DNA of 64,000 bases, from positions 2,046,001 to 2,110,000 of the forward strand of contig CP110440.1 in assembly GCA_026914245.1 (NCBI GenBank), in the 5' to 3' direction. This document shows, in pieces, positions 37,277 to 48,717 of this stretch (within the stretch, counting starts at the first letter, position 1; each line of letters starts with the position of its first letter). The notes beneath the pieces are model-generated. The model was given only the letters and a program-made list of their open reading frames with translations. It ran no database searches and was not told the DNA's origin. The stretch is from Puccinia triticina. Taxonomy: Eukaryota. The position numbers and the translations under genes are program-made.

Positions 37277-38802
37277 ATGTCAGGATTAAACATCTCCGAC
37301 GCAACAAACTCCGTGAAAGCCGCATCCCAACAAACCGCCCCCGAGGCGGGTGAGGGAAGCCAAATGGCTCAACTCCCCACCACCCAAGCCCAAGAGAACT
37401 ACACAGATGAAAGCCAACAGGCCACATCGTCGCAAGCCCCAGTTCCGAACCCCAAGCCGCCCAAGGCAACAAAAGCGGTGAAAACCACGAAACCCACGAC
37501 ACGTGCAGCAGCTAAGAGCAACGCCACGACTCCGCGCGTTGAACCTACTTCGGGAGAACCCCCAAAAGGACCACTCCACGATCCGGAGATTGCTGAGATA
37601 CTCAGCCCGGTATGCGGTAAGCTCCAAAGAGACCGGACTAAAAGGAGAAAGAGCCATAACTGACCAGAACCCCCACGTGAAACCTCCCAACAGAACCAGT
37701 CGGGACTGAGAAAGAGACAGGACCAGTGGATGTCAAAGGAGAGTCAAAGGCAACAGCCGATCGTGAGGCACGCGCAATCCTCATGGCCAAGATGGTGCAA
37801 GCGGAAAAAGCCGGAGACGACGCGAAGGTCAAACGCTACATGAAAATGTATGAAGCCGTCCTAGCAGACCAAACACCAGCCGCCCAGAAGACAGCAGTGA
37901 AATGCCTCGAGCCCGTGATCACCCAGCCGCAAATCGTCCCACAGAAGAGACCAGCGCATCCAGGCGAAACAACACAGGTGCAAAACGTCAAATTCATCAC
38001 GGGTCGGTCAAACTCCCACGACGATGGTGGTTTCCCCCCCTACTTCCATAAGCTCCTTCTTGAATGTAAAGGCCCACTCCCTCTTACCATCTTCAACAGA
38101 GAATGGCAAGAGAAAGCCCTGGCCGAGCACTCAAAAAACCGGCCAAAAATCGAAGAAACAGCCTCGGAAAAAGGACTACGCTACCACGGCTTCCCAGTCC
38201 CCGACGAGTTCTCCCAGAACTTCTCCGACTGGACCCTCAACCACCGATGTTTTCACTTAACCATGAAGGACAGGTATCACTACCCGTTCCTTGCAGATTG
38301 GATCTTGGCTCATAAGGATCACTGCGACCGTCTCCACCGGAAGCGAGGCTTCATGGTAGCCTTGAGATACGACATCCGGATTCGAAATAACGCTTTTGCT
38401 TTCAGGGTTGAAGAAAACGGCGAAGAATCATTCTCTGATATCTCCCAGTTCAAACAGGAGACAGCCGATGAAGCCATTGCCACCTGCCGGGACTTCAATG
38501 AGATTGGCCTCCAAGAGAATCCCTACGCGATCGGAGACGGTAAGGTCGGAGGCGACCCACTGAAAGGAATCAGGCCAGCAAAGTCAAACAAGTCCAACGC
38601 TCCAGCCAATCCCAACCCACCAAAAACCAAACCCAATCAGAAAGGACCCACAGAAGAGTCCTCATCCACGACCCAAGGCCACTCATCTCTACCCCCCAAG
38701 CCGGATCAAGGCCGCGGCCCCCCTGGAAGCGGGTATAAGGGCAACCACTTCAACCCAAACCACACGGGAGGAAGTGTGCGAAACCAAAACCGCGACCAGT
38801 AA
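37277..38802 (+). pseudogene. Gag-like ORF1 of YR element 1 (one frameshift near 37600-37700)
   Basis: MSGLNISDATNSVK.. then ..GFPPYF..GPLPLTIFNREWQEKAL..GFMVALRYDIRIR..ENPYA; homologous to 49020-49794. Confidence 0.75.
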
Positions 38803-40216
38803 GTGTCAACAAGATCCCCCCCACCCTAGCACCCCCTCTTTCCTTTTTCTCTGTTTCAGACTCCCTAACCCGTCTGTAACCTCCTCGTAGAACGGCCCCC
38901 TTCTAGATCCCCCGATGATATCGCCCTCTTTTCCTCATTCCCCCCCTTATCATCCCACAATCTGTTCCCCACCCTTTGGCGTGTCTGTCATCCCATGCCC
39001 CCCCCATGCAATAAGAAACATGAGAGCCCCCCCCCTAACATATGTGAATCTGTGCACCTCATCAGGGACAGAAGCCATGAGTACCCGGGCCTCCGCGAGC
39101 AGAGAGCAACGCCCAAACCTGTGAGCTGTCTAGACCCCCCAAAGTGGCCTACACGTGTATCCTGTGAGATGGACATCAAGGAGTGGGAAAAAGCCTTAAG
39201 CCGAGCCGGTCTGAGAGAGAAGTACAGCGACGTCATCCGCGGTTTCAAAGTAGGCTTCCACCAAGGAATCCCAGAGCACGACCTGGGTCCTGGCATCCCT
39301 TACTTCACCCCGCCAAACCACCAAGGAGCCATGCTGGCGAGGGAAAAAATAGAGGCCACCATTGCAAAAGAGATAGCGGCAGGCAGAATGTTCGGCCCGT
39401 TCTCCCACGAACAGCTGATGGAACGATACGGGTTCTTCAGAACCAACCCCCTGGGCGCCGTGATCAACGGCGACGGATCGGTCCGCCCAATAAATGATCT
39501 ATCATTCCCTCGGAACGACCCCAGGATCCCCTCAGTGAATTCCTTCGTGGACAAACTAGACTACATGACGACATGGGATGATTTCGAAGCAACATCGCGA
39601 TTCTTCCGCAGTCAAACTCAGCCGCTACTCCTAGCAATCTTCGACTGGGAGAAGGCTTACCGCCAAATCCCTACCTCCGAAGACCAGTGGCGATATCTGA
39701 TGGTTAAAGACTTTAACGGAGGAATTCTCATTGATACACGAATTGCTTTCGGCGGAGTAGTGGGATGCGGTTTGTTTGGCAGACCAGCAGACGCCTGGAA
39801 AGAACTAATGCAGAAGGAGTTCGACCTAGTCAACATCTTCCGATGGATTGACGATAATCTTTTTGTCAAAACTACCCACTCAGCGGTGGAAATGGACCAC
39901 ATCGTGGCGCGCTCAGAGCAGCTAGGCGTAAAGACCAATGCGACAAAGTTCTCACCATTCAAAGAAGAACAGAAGTACATCGGATTCGTCTGGAACGCCA
40001 CAAAGAAAACCGTGCGCCTCCCGGACGATAAGAAATACCAAAGGATACAACAAGTAAAGGCGTTCCTAGTTCCTGGCACCGAGTTCACCTTTGCGCAAGT
40101 CGAACAGCTAGCAGGACAACTGAATCACGTGTCGTATATCCTCCCGCAGCTGCGTTGCTACCTCAATAGCCTATATAGATGGATGAATGAGTGGATCCAC
40201 AGGCGGACGGACCGCA

Positions 40217-40902
40217 TGTTGAAACTCGTGCGCGCTCTGCGGCGCATCTCATTACGGGCGCGCTCTGCAACTGTCTCCTCGATATCACTCTTTGAAACCT
40301 AAACTTTCCACACTCACTTAATCATCGATCTCAAACCTAAAACTTCTTCCCCCAACTTCTCGACTTCGCATCATTCTCCCGCCGCTCCTAACCGATACAA
40401 ATCTCCGACTCCGATCTAGTCTACTCAATAACAACATCGACTCAACCCTTGCTCGCGCACCGCGAAGCCTTAACTTGGACAGCCGTACTGGCTTCCAACT
40501 TGGTGAGAAATGCACCCTTGCATTTCAGATCTCTCATCAACATGGCGCCTCAGATCCTCAATGCTAATATCCTTCTCTTCCTCAGATTCATTCCTAGATC
40601 TAGTCCTTATTCTTTCCCCTTCTCTCTGTCAAGATTTTCACCTATACTTTTAGGGTTTGTTTTCTTTCTTTCTCTCTCAAACTTCACATTGTTTTTGACA
40701 ACTAATCACTCAAAATCAACATTCAGTCTTTCCACACTTCTATCACCTTCTATCCTTTGTTGTCCTCTTCTTTCATATCATTAGCTGTTTCAGGGTTGGT
40801 TTCTTTCTATTTTTCTCATTATCACTATCATGACTTGTTCTTACTTCTCTTTTTTGTTAGTTCTGGTTTTTGGTTTATTAGAAATAAAGTCTAGGTCCTT
40901 TA
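40217..40902 (+). repeat. Copia 5' LTR (TG..TA)
   Basis: TGTTGAAACTC..GGTCCTTTA; about 5 differences from the 3' LTR. Confidence 0.95.
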
Positions 40903-40917
40903 CGATTAACAGTCGAA
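40903..40917 (+). other. PBS complementary to a tRNA-Asn(GUU) anticodon arm
   Basis: CGATTAACAGTCGAA; its reverse complement TTCGACTGTTAATCG is stem-CTGTTAA-stem. No TGG-type PBS is present. Confidence 0.75.
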
Positions 40918-40933
40918 TTCACCGGATCGATAC

Positions 40934-43900
40934 ATGTCCTCGGACGATAAAGAACCAGTCAAGCCCTCTACCTCGACGACTAAAAACCCTGCCCCCAAAA
41001 GCCAGCTACCTGCGACAATGTCCTCAGTCAATCGAATGGACAAGGTGACGCCCTCGGTTTTAAAAACTGTTATCGAGGGAATTCCGTTACTATCTATGGA
41101 CAACTATACTTTCTGGAGGATTCGTGTTATCAACTTTCTTGATCTGTGCAAACTCAAGAAAGCACTCACGACCGATGATGACACAATGAACTCTGATGAA
41201 AACAATTTTTTAAAGGCGATAATTGTGGCCAAATTGGAATCCACTGTGCAAGCTAATGTAATAGACTCTTCAAACGAAAGCTGTGCTAAGAAGACGTGGA
41301 AATCGATCATCAAGTTTTTCGCGTCCACTCAAACGTTGAACAAAGCGCACGTATTCCAATCCTTTCTTCGAGCTCAGTATACTCCTGAAGACATTCCCGG
41401 CTTCATCACGTCCATGAAGATTTTCCAAACTCAGCTGATTCAAGTCGGCTGGGACTTCACCGACGATGCCATAGGTCACATGGTCATTCATAAATTCCCT
41501 CTCGATATGAAAGACATAGTCAATCAAATCACTCATTCGGACAAAGAACCGACTCTCGACGTAGTTATCAATCACCTGAGAATCCATCAAAACAATCTCG
41601 AGTCTCAAGATGTGTCCTCCGGAAGTCGTTCCAATCCGATTACTCTCTTCACCGATGAATCTAAGAAGTGCCGAAAAAACTTTCATAATCCGGCGGCTGA
41701 TCACTTAAGAGAGAACTGTTGGTACCTCTACCCAAAGAAGCGAACTGAATACTTCGAGAAGAAAGCAGCAGCTGCAGCCTCTGGAGCCAAATCAGAATCT
41801 TCGGTCAGTTCCTTTCACTCATCGATATCGAACTCTTCCAATCAATTCATTCTTGATTCCGGTTCATCAGCTCACATGACCTCCAATTCTCGCTTGTTCC
41901 ATACTCTAGAACTCAAAGAATTAGGCTGTGTTCAAACGAGCTCTTCTCACGGTCAACTTCAAATCAAGGGAATCGGGTCAATTCGACTTAAGAACAAATA
42001 CGGTGAAATTACTCTAAATCAAGTACTATATATTCCCGACATTGTTGTAAATCTCTTGTCCGCTAGATGCCTTATTCTTGAAGACTTCACTATTCAACTA
42101 CATAAAAATTCTTTTGAAATCTTAAAAAATGATGAATTAAAAATGTCCGGCAATTACATTGGCAACTTGCCATGCCTTGACTTTGAGAATCTTGAGCACA
42201 CGAGTCATCTGTCATCAGCGGAGTTCCTACACAAATCGCTTGGTCACGTGAGCTATCATCGGCTAAGGAAGAAGCTAGGAATACCTCTGAAGATCCATAA
42301 GACCTGCAAATCCTGTGCGGTCTCGAAAATCACTAAAGCTTCATTCAAATCTGATCATAAGCCTGCATCAAGACCCTTCGAAGAAATTCATCTAGACTTG
42401 ATCGGACCAATTTCTCCTCAGTCCTTCAAAGGGCACAAATATATTCTGACAGTGGTTGACAGCTCCACGCGTTTCTGTGCGGCAATTCCTTTAAAACACA
42501 AAAGTGATACCCCCGACACTCTTTCGTTTCTTCTGGACTTTGAAGCTAAAAGATTCAGTTTTCATCCATCCATCCTTCACTCAGACCGTGGCTCCGAGTT
42601 CTTAAATGGAATCATGTCAGACTATTGCAAGGCCAATCTTATCAAGCAACGTACTTCTGATGCGTATACTCCGCAACAAAATGGACTGGCTGAACGATTT
42701 AACAGGACCATTCTCAAGTCTCTGAGAACCATCCTTGAAGATTCCGGTATTCCTCGCAAGTTCTGGAGTGAAATCGTCCAAGTCAGCTGTCTGACTCTAA
42801 ATCAAATACCGACTCATCGTTCAAAAAAATGCCCTTTTGAGCTCTTCAAAGACCGTTCATTGCCGATCAGTTATTTCCATCCAATAGGCAATCGAGTGTC
42901 TTATCTCATCAAACCTCGACAACCTCACTCCAAACTTAAGTCAAAAGGCAAATTAGGAAGACTTCTCGGATACGTCAATGAATTGAGATCATATCGGATT
43001 CTTACTGATGAAGGCAGGCTAATTGACACAAAGAGCGTACAATTCTTCAACTATGAATCACCAAAGTCTAAAGATTCGGATTGGGACATTGAATTAAGAA
43101 ATGAAAGCGATCCGGATGGCCTACCTCCCAGCGATGAATCTGAAGTTGAAGACAGTCCAGACACCGGCACTGAGACCGACGATGAAGCTGTTGCATCAGA
43201 TCTTAATCCTGCAATCGCTGTTACACGCACTCTTCGAGATCGTACCTCTCGAGTTAAACCAACTAAATACTCATATCTAGCAACCGATCCCAACTCATTT
43301 AAAAACGCGATGAAATCAATTGAGAAAGACAAGTGGGCTGAGGCGACAAATGAAGAGCTATCCAACATTGAACATCATGAGGTTTGGGAGGACATGTTCG
43401 ACACTCCTAACTCCTTTCTTCGAACTCTCTGGATTTTCAAGACTAAACCGGCTACATTATCATCAAGTGAAAGGAAGAAAGCGCGTTTATGCATTCAAGG
43501 TTTCCTTCAGAAGGAAGGTGAAGACTATGGCGATACTTTTGCACCCACGGGGAAATTTACCACTCTACTGGTGGTACTTATGTTTGCGATAGACAAGAAG
43601 TTGCCTATCAGACAATTCGACGTGAAGAGTGCATTCCTTTATGCTCCGCTGAAAGAGGAGCTGTACATCAAGACACCTGAAGGCTCAACGCGCAAAGCTC
43701 CGTACCTCCGACTAAAGAAATCCCTCTATGGCTTGAAGCAAGCCCCTGCGAATTGGTACGATACTCTTACCTCGTGGTTCACCAAGATCAATTACTCGCA
43801 ATCGTCATCCGATCCCTGCCTTTTTATACACAACAACAAGATATCATTCATTTTCTTTCACGTTGACGATCTCATAGTCGTCGGATGTGTTAAAACCTTT

Positions 43901-44821
43901 GAAGAACTTTTCCTGAAACGCTTTCCAAATTCGTCCGCTCACGATCCGGACACTCTGCTAGGGATGGATGTCAACATCACCGACGACTCCATCTCGCTCT
44001 CTCAAGAGAAGTTAATTGATAAAGGTCTGAAAATGATAGGACTCTCAGATTGCAAGCCGGTCACCACTCCATTGTCTGTAGCGGTACAACTAAAACCCGC
44101 GACACTACCGGAAAAAGAAGAGTTCTCTAAATTGAATATCAATTATCGGACGTTCACCGGAATTCTCAACTACTTGTCCTGTCGAACTCGCCCGGATCTT
44201 GCACCAGCAGTTTCAATACTTTCCAGCTTCAACAACGACCCCGGCATCACTCACTGGAAAGAGTTGATGCACTGCTGGAAATACGTGAAGGGAACGAGAG
44301 GACTGCATTTGACCTTAAGACCGGATCCTACCGATTGCAAATCTCTACAACATTTCACTGATGCCACGTGGGCCGACAATTTAGAAACCCGTCTGTCTAG
44401 AAGCGGCTCAATATGCTTCTGGAAAAAATGTCCAATAGCTTGGAACAGCAAACAACAACGGAACATTACCTTATCTTCAACCGAAGCAGAACTCAACGCT
44501 CTAGCCGACGGGGTTCAAGAGAACCAATGGATAAAGTATCTGGTCGAAGAACTCTGGAGCGAAAACCTAGAACCATCAACTTTTCACATAGATAATCAAG
44601 GCCTTGCAGAGAAATTAAAAAACTTCGGATCAAACTCGAAGACTAAACACCTTGACATCAAGATGAAGTGGCTCAGAGACCTAAAGAGCAAGAACGAAAT
44701 CACGGTAACGCTTATTCCGTCTGAAAAAATGATTGCCGACACTCTGACAAAGGCCAGCAACGCGGAATCTCTGAAAAGACTGCGTGAAAAATGTTTTATG
44801 GTTCATTACTCACCAAGTTGA
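40934..44821 (+). CDS. Copia gag-pol polyprotein, 1295 aa
   Basis: Gag, atypical knuckle CRKNFHNPAADHLRENC, protease ILDSGS, LHKSLGH/CKSC, integrase HLDL/SDRGSEF/NGLAER, RT FHVDD, RNase H FTDA/STEAE/IDNQ/IADTLTK. Confidence 0.96.
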   Translation: MSSDDKEPVKPSTSTTKNPAPKSQLPATMSSVNRMDKVTPSVLKTVIEGIPLLSMDNYTFWRIRVINFLDLCKLKKALTTDDDTMNSDENNFLKAIIVAKLESTVQANVIDSSNESCAKKTWKSIIKFFASTQTLNKAHVFQSFLRAQYTPEDIPGFITSMKIFQTQLIQVGWDFTDDAIGHMVIHKFPLDMKDIVNQITHSDKEPTLDVVINHLRIHQNNLESQDVSSGSRSNPITLFTDESKKCRKNFHNPAADHLRENCWYLYPKKRTEYFEKKAAAAASGAKSESSVSSFHSSISNSSNQFILDSGSSAHMTSNSRLFHTLELKELGCVQTSSSHGQLQIKGIGSIRLKNKYGEITLNQVLYIPDIVVNLLSARCLILEDFTIQLHKNSFEILKNDELKMSGNYIGNLPCLDFENLEHTSHLSSAEFLHKSLGHVSYHRLRKKLGIPLKIHKTCKSCAVSKITKASFKSDHKPASRPFEEIHLDLIGPISPQSFKGHKYILTVVDSSTRFCAAIPLKHKSDTPDTLSFLLDFEAKRFSFHPSILHSDRGSEFLNGIMSDYCKANLIKQRTSDAYTPQQNGLAERFNRTILKSLRTILEDSGIPRKFWSEIVQVSCLTLNQIPTHRSKKCPFELFKDRSLPISYFHPIGNRVSYLIKPRQPHSKLKSKGKLGRLLGYVNELRSYRILTDEGRLIDTKSVQFFNYESPKSKDSDWDIELRNESDPDGLPPSDESEVEDSPDTGTETDDEAVASDLNPAIAVTRTLRDRTSRVKPTKYSYLATDPNSFKNAMKSIEKDKWAEATNEELSNIEHHEVWEDMFDTPNSFLRTLWIFKTKPATLSSSERKKARLCIQGFLQKEGEDYGDTFAPTGKFTTLLVVLMFAIDKKLPIRQFDVKSAFLYAPLKEELYIKTPEGSTRKAPYLRLKKSLYGLKQAPANWYDTLTSWFTKINYSQSSSDPCLFIHNNKISFIFFHVDDLIVVGCVKTFEELFLKRFPNSSAHDPDTLLGMDVNITDDSISLSQEKLIDKGLKMIGLSDCKPVTTPLSVAVQLKPATLPEKEEFSKLNINYRTFTGILNYLSCRTRPDLAPAVSILSSFNNDPGITHWKELMHCWKYVKGTRGLHLTLRPDPTDCKSLQHFTDATWADNLETRLSRSGSICFWKKCPIAWNSKQQRNITLSSTEAELNALADGVQENQWIKYLVEELWSENLEPSTFHIDNQGLAEKLKNFGSNSKTKHLDIKMKWLRDLKSKNEITVTLIPSEKMIADTLTKASNAESLKRLREKCFMVHYSPS

Positions 44822-44827
44822 GGGGGG

Positions 44828-45513
44828 TGTTGAAACTCGTGCGCGCTCTGCGGCGCATCTCATTACGGGCGCGCTCTGCAACTGTCTCCTCGATATCACT
44901 CTTTGAAACCTAAACTTTCCACACTCACTTAATCATTGATCTCGAACCTAAAACTTCTTTCCCCAACTTCTCGACTTCGCATCATTCTCCCGCCGCTCCT
45001 AACCGATACAAATCTCCGACTCCGATCTAGTCTACTTGATAACAACATCGACTCAACCCTTGCTCGCGCACCGCGAAGCCTTAACTTGGACAGCCGTACT
45101 GGCTTCCAACTTGGTGAGAAATGCACCCTTGCATTTCAGATCTCTCATCAACATGGCGCCTCAGATCCTCAATGCTAATATCCTTCTCTTCCTCAGATTC
45201 ATTCCTAGATCTAGTCCTTATTCTTTCCCCTTCTCTCTGTCAAGATTTTCACCTATACTTTTAGGGTTTGTTTTCTTTCTTTCTCTCTCAAACTTCACAT
45301 TGTTTTTGACAACTAATCACTCAAAATCAACATTCAGTCTTTCCACACTTCTATCACCTTCTATCCTTTGTTGTCCTCTTCTTTCATATCATTAGCTGTT
45401 TCAGGGTTGGTTTCTTTCTATTTTTCTCATTATCACTATCATGACTTGTTCTTACTTCTCTTTTTTGTTAGTTCTGGTTTTTGGTTTATTAGAAATAAAG
45501 TCTAGGTCCTTTA
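44828..45513 (+). repeat. Copia 3' LTR
   Basis: Direct repeat of 40217-40902. Confidence 0.95.
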
Positions 45514-46198
45514 CCGCACCCTCCCAAAAGATGCTCAGGTCGACCTCAAATATTGGCTGTCAATGCTCCTGCAATACAAAGAGACACGAATGATTCAAAA
45601 CCCAGACCCCATAGAAATTGGGTGGGTGGGTGATGCCTCTACCAGCTTCGGAATCGGCGTCCTCATAGGTAAGAGGTGGGCCCAATTTCAACTAGCCCAG
45701 AACTGGGACAAAGGACCAGACCCCAAAAGGGATATTGCATGGCTTGAAACCGTTGCGATAAGACTCGGCCTCCTTGTCCTCAAAGAACTCGGAATCCGAC
45801 CCGGGAAGACCCTGATTGTATGGACGGATAACACTACCACAGAAACTGTAATCCGCCAACGGAAATCTCGGCACCCGGCGGTTAACAAAGAATGGAAGAT
45901 TATCCAGAAAACGCTAGTCGATATGGAGATAGACATTGTCTCTTGACGTGTCACCTCGGCGGAGAATGCGGCGGACGCTCTGTCGCAAGGGGATAAGTCG
46001 AAACATGACATGCAGTTTCAAGTAGCAGTAGTGGTACCATGGGATTTAGAATATAGACTGTTTCAGGTGTAATCTTCTTCCCGTCCCTCTCTGATAAGGC
46101 TGTCCCCCCTTTGTGCCTCCTACACCTCCTATGCCCCAGAAATAAAAACCTACTTCTTCCCCTTTCCGTGTGACTTATCGGAACGCGCCCCATCCCAT

Positions 46199-47266
46199 AT
46201 GGCCTCTGCCGAGAAACTAGAGAGTCTAACGACCTTAGCCAAGAAGGGGTCTTCTCCCCGAGACCTCTCAACCCAAGACAAACACTTCCTTCTTGGGTAC
46301 CGCTGGAATACATTGAACTGCTACAACTCCGCTGTCAAGAAATATCTCAAGTTCGCAGAGAGCACAGGACGAATCCCTTTCCAGATCCCGCTTTCCGCCA
46401 AAGATGTCTATGATTTCTGTTATTGGGCGGGTAGGACCTTCGAGTGCCAAGCCCCTCACAAAGTGTCATCGGTAACCCTCACCAAATACTTGGCCGGCCT
46501 CCAAATGTGGCATACAATGCACGACGCTCCGTACCCTTATGAAACCAAAAACAAAGTCAACGTCCTCTTGAAGTCCTCAGCGTATATCGACGCGGAACAG
46601 TCCGCCAAACCCAAGAAAAGAGCAGTTTTGATTAGACACCTGGTAATGCTCACGTCGGCGTGGATCGAGGGGACCGAGTTCCAGAAAGCCCTCCTAGACC
46701 TAGTGATAGTCGCCTTTTGGGGCCTAGCCTGGCTAGGGGAGCTCACCTACAATGACCGAATAGGTCCCCTCCGGGAATCGGCTTTGGTGCTTGTCGGAGA
46801 TGTTTGCTTCCAGACGGTGAACCTCAAAAGGAAAGCTACACTAACAATCCGCGGCGCCAAGACAGCCAGTCCCGGCGAAATCCAAGAGATCCACCTGGCT
46901 GCAAGGAAGATGATGATCTGCCCGCTCCTAGCCCTTGAAAGAAGGATCAAGAATGCCGCGGGGCAAAACACCTCCCTGTTCGGATATTGGGAGTCCGGTA
47001 GTCGAGTTCACCTTACCAAACCGGCAGCGTGCCGCGCACTGTCTGAGTTCTGGAACGAACACGGGTGCACGGGGATCTCTGGCCACTCCTTCAGAGTTGG
47101 AGGGACCTCCTTCCTGCGCGAGGCTGGCGTCCACAAAGACGGCCTCCGCTGGCTCGGCCGCTGGACCTCCGATTGTTACAAGCTTTACATCAGGGAATAC
47201 ACCAAAGAGGAAAGCGACGATACCAGCGAAATCCTACGAGAACTACAAAGATGCTGGTCTCAATAA
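46199..47266 (+). CDS. Tyrosine recombinase of YR element 1 (open frame, first catalytic Arg apparently changed to Trp)
   Basis: FWGLAWLGEL, AKT, ICPL, GHSFRVGG, LGRWTSDCYKLY. Confidence 0.9.
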   Translation: MASAEKLESLTTLAKKGSSPRDLSTQDKHFLLGYRWNTLNCYNSAVKKYLKFAESTGRIPFQIPLSAKDVYDFCYWAGRTFECQAPHKVSSVTLTKYLAGLQMWHTMHDAPYPYETKNKVNVLLKSSAYIDAEQSAKPKKRAVLIRHLVMLTSAWIEGTEFQKALLDLVIVAFWGLAWLGELTYNDRIGPLRESALVLVGDVCFQTVNLKRKATLTIRGAKTASPGEIQEIHLAARKMMICPLLALERRIKNAAGQNTSLFGYWESGSRVHLTKPAACRALSEFWNEHGCTGISGHSFRVGGTSFLREAGVHKDGLRWLGRWTSDCYKLYIREYTKEESDDTSEILRELQRCWSQ

Positions 47267-47809
47267 AAACTTTACCCCCTTCGATGAAATCCCAAACTCT
47301 ACTCCTCCAAGTGTGTGATAAGAGCAGAAGGCAGTCAGGCGCCCGGCTCTGTGCTTCCCCAAGCCAGAGTAATGGGTCTAGCGCCTTTGCCCACACTCCC
47401 TCCGGGGGCTTTCTGCTCCGGGAGGATCCGGTCCGTTGCCTCTCCTCCCTCTGGGACTTCTCCCTGTTCCGCGGGGAGAAGCTCCACGAGAGCGCAGCAC
47501 AAAGGATCGCGGACCATCCTCCCCCCGACCCGCACACGAGAGTCTTGGGGAGTCACTCCCTGACTTCCGGGACTCTCAACATGTGAGCAGTTAGTAGTGC
47601 CAGCGCTACTAGACAAAGTGAGCGCCAAAGAAACGCGCCGCAGCCGCCGCTGGGTGGCTGCGGCACAGAGAGGCCTGGGGTTACCGCCTCATGGCCACCT
47701 CTTAGCTTTCCCTGGTGACCTCCCCGAGGCGTCCCGGCGTGAATGGACAGGCATTTTCTGTGCACTTACCGGGAGCGCAGCGGGAGGTGGGTTGAGTCCA
47801 GGAGTGCTA

Positions 47810-48717
47810 ATGGGAGAGGTGGCACCCTGCGCAAAACCAATTGACATTTCGTCAAAGTCTTGAGTTTGACGGGTGATTGCAGGGACCGGGACCGGTACTT
47901 TAAAACCTGAAATGGATGGGAGGTTGGATGGTGTGAGGGGGGTTGGTGAGGGATGTCTGTACCCTTGTGGATGGGGTTGCCAGTGATTTGGCGGTAGTGG
48001 CTGTCTGGGTGGTAGTTGGGCTTGATCGCTCGGTGTTCTCCCCTCTTGGTTTCCCGCCAAGACCGGCGCTGATTTGGTAGAAAACTTCTGCCTGACCCAA
48101 CTTTCCCTCTGCTTCTGCCGCCATCCCTTTCTTGAATGCTTCTAGCATTGCCACTTTGATGTCCATCTTCCCAAGCCACTGTCCTGCCAAACCTGCCTCC
48201 ACTCTCCCCGCTACTCCTACTGGATTCTCTGTTGGACAGTGCAAGTGTTGCAGAAAATCTCAGCATCATGACCCCTTTTCCGTTTATGGATCTGTTTTGA
48301 GTTCGCTGAGGTTACCTGACAAGGGTTTGGTTCCTTTTGTCCCTTGCTCTCCTTCACCTCCTATTTCTTCCCATATCTCCTCTACCCCCTTTGATCCTTC
48401 TTTCCCTAACCCATCAAGCCCCTCCTCTATCTCTCCTTCCTTGCCTTCTGGAGCCCGCGATATCAATCTGGTCCGGATTCTCCTCGTTGAGGCTTTGATG
48501 GTGACCTTCTTTGGTCTTTTGGAAGGCGGGGCTGGAATTTTTGGGTGGGTAGTCCTTCCACTTCTATTTTGTCCTGCTGGTCTTGCACCTGCGTGGACAA
48601 CTCTCGAGTCAGCCTTGGCTACGTTGTATCCCTCTGTTCTTGTGTATCCGCCTGAGTGTTGCTGATGCCGGCGATCTGTTTCACAGTCGCCGTCGCTGCT
48701 GCTATCAAATTTGACAT
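47810..48717 (-). pseudogene. Degraded N-terminal gag-like ORF1 fragment of another YR element, opposite strand
   Basis: MSNLIAAATATVKQ.. and ..MLEAFKKGMAAEAEGKLGQAEVFYQI resemble ORF1 of element 1 (ILMAKMVQAEKAGDDAKVKRYMKM). Confidence 0.55.

Larger units (their letters stand above)
40217..45513 (+). mobile_element. Intact Ty1/Copia LTR retrotransposon
   Basis: 686-bp LTRs, TSD CCGCA (40212-40216 and 45514-45518), uninterrupted polyprotein, PPT GAGGGGGG at 44820-44827. Confidence 0.97.
38995..46072 (+). pseudogene. RT/RNase H ORF of YR element 1 (segments 38995-40216 and 45519-46072)
   Basis: FDWEKAYRQ, FGG..GC, FRWIDD; RNase H WVGDAS, LETVA, WTDN. The frame is restored on excising the Copia (RTDRTLPKDAQ). 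Premature TGA at 45944. Confidence 0.92.
36795..47800 (+). mobile_element. Ngaro/DIRS-class tyrosine-recombinase retrotransposon (element 1), interrupted by a Copia
   Basis: ORF1 - RT/RNase H - YR arrangement on one strand with no integrase. Ends are approximate. Confidence 0.85.
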
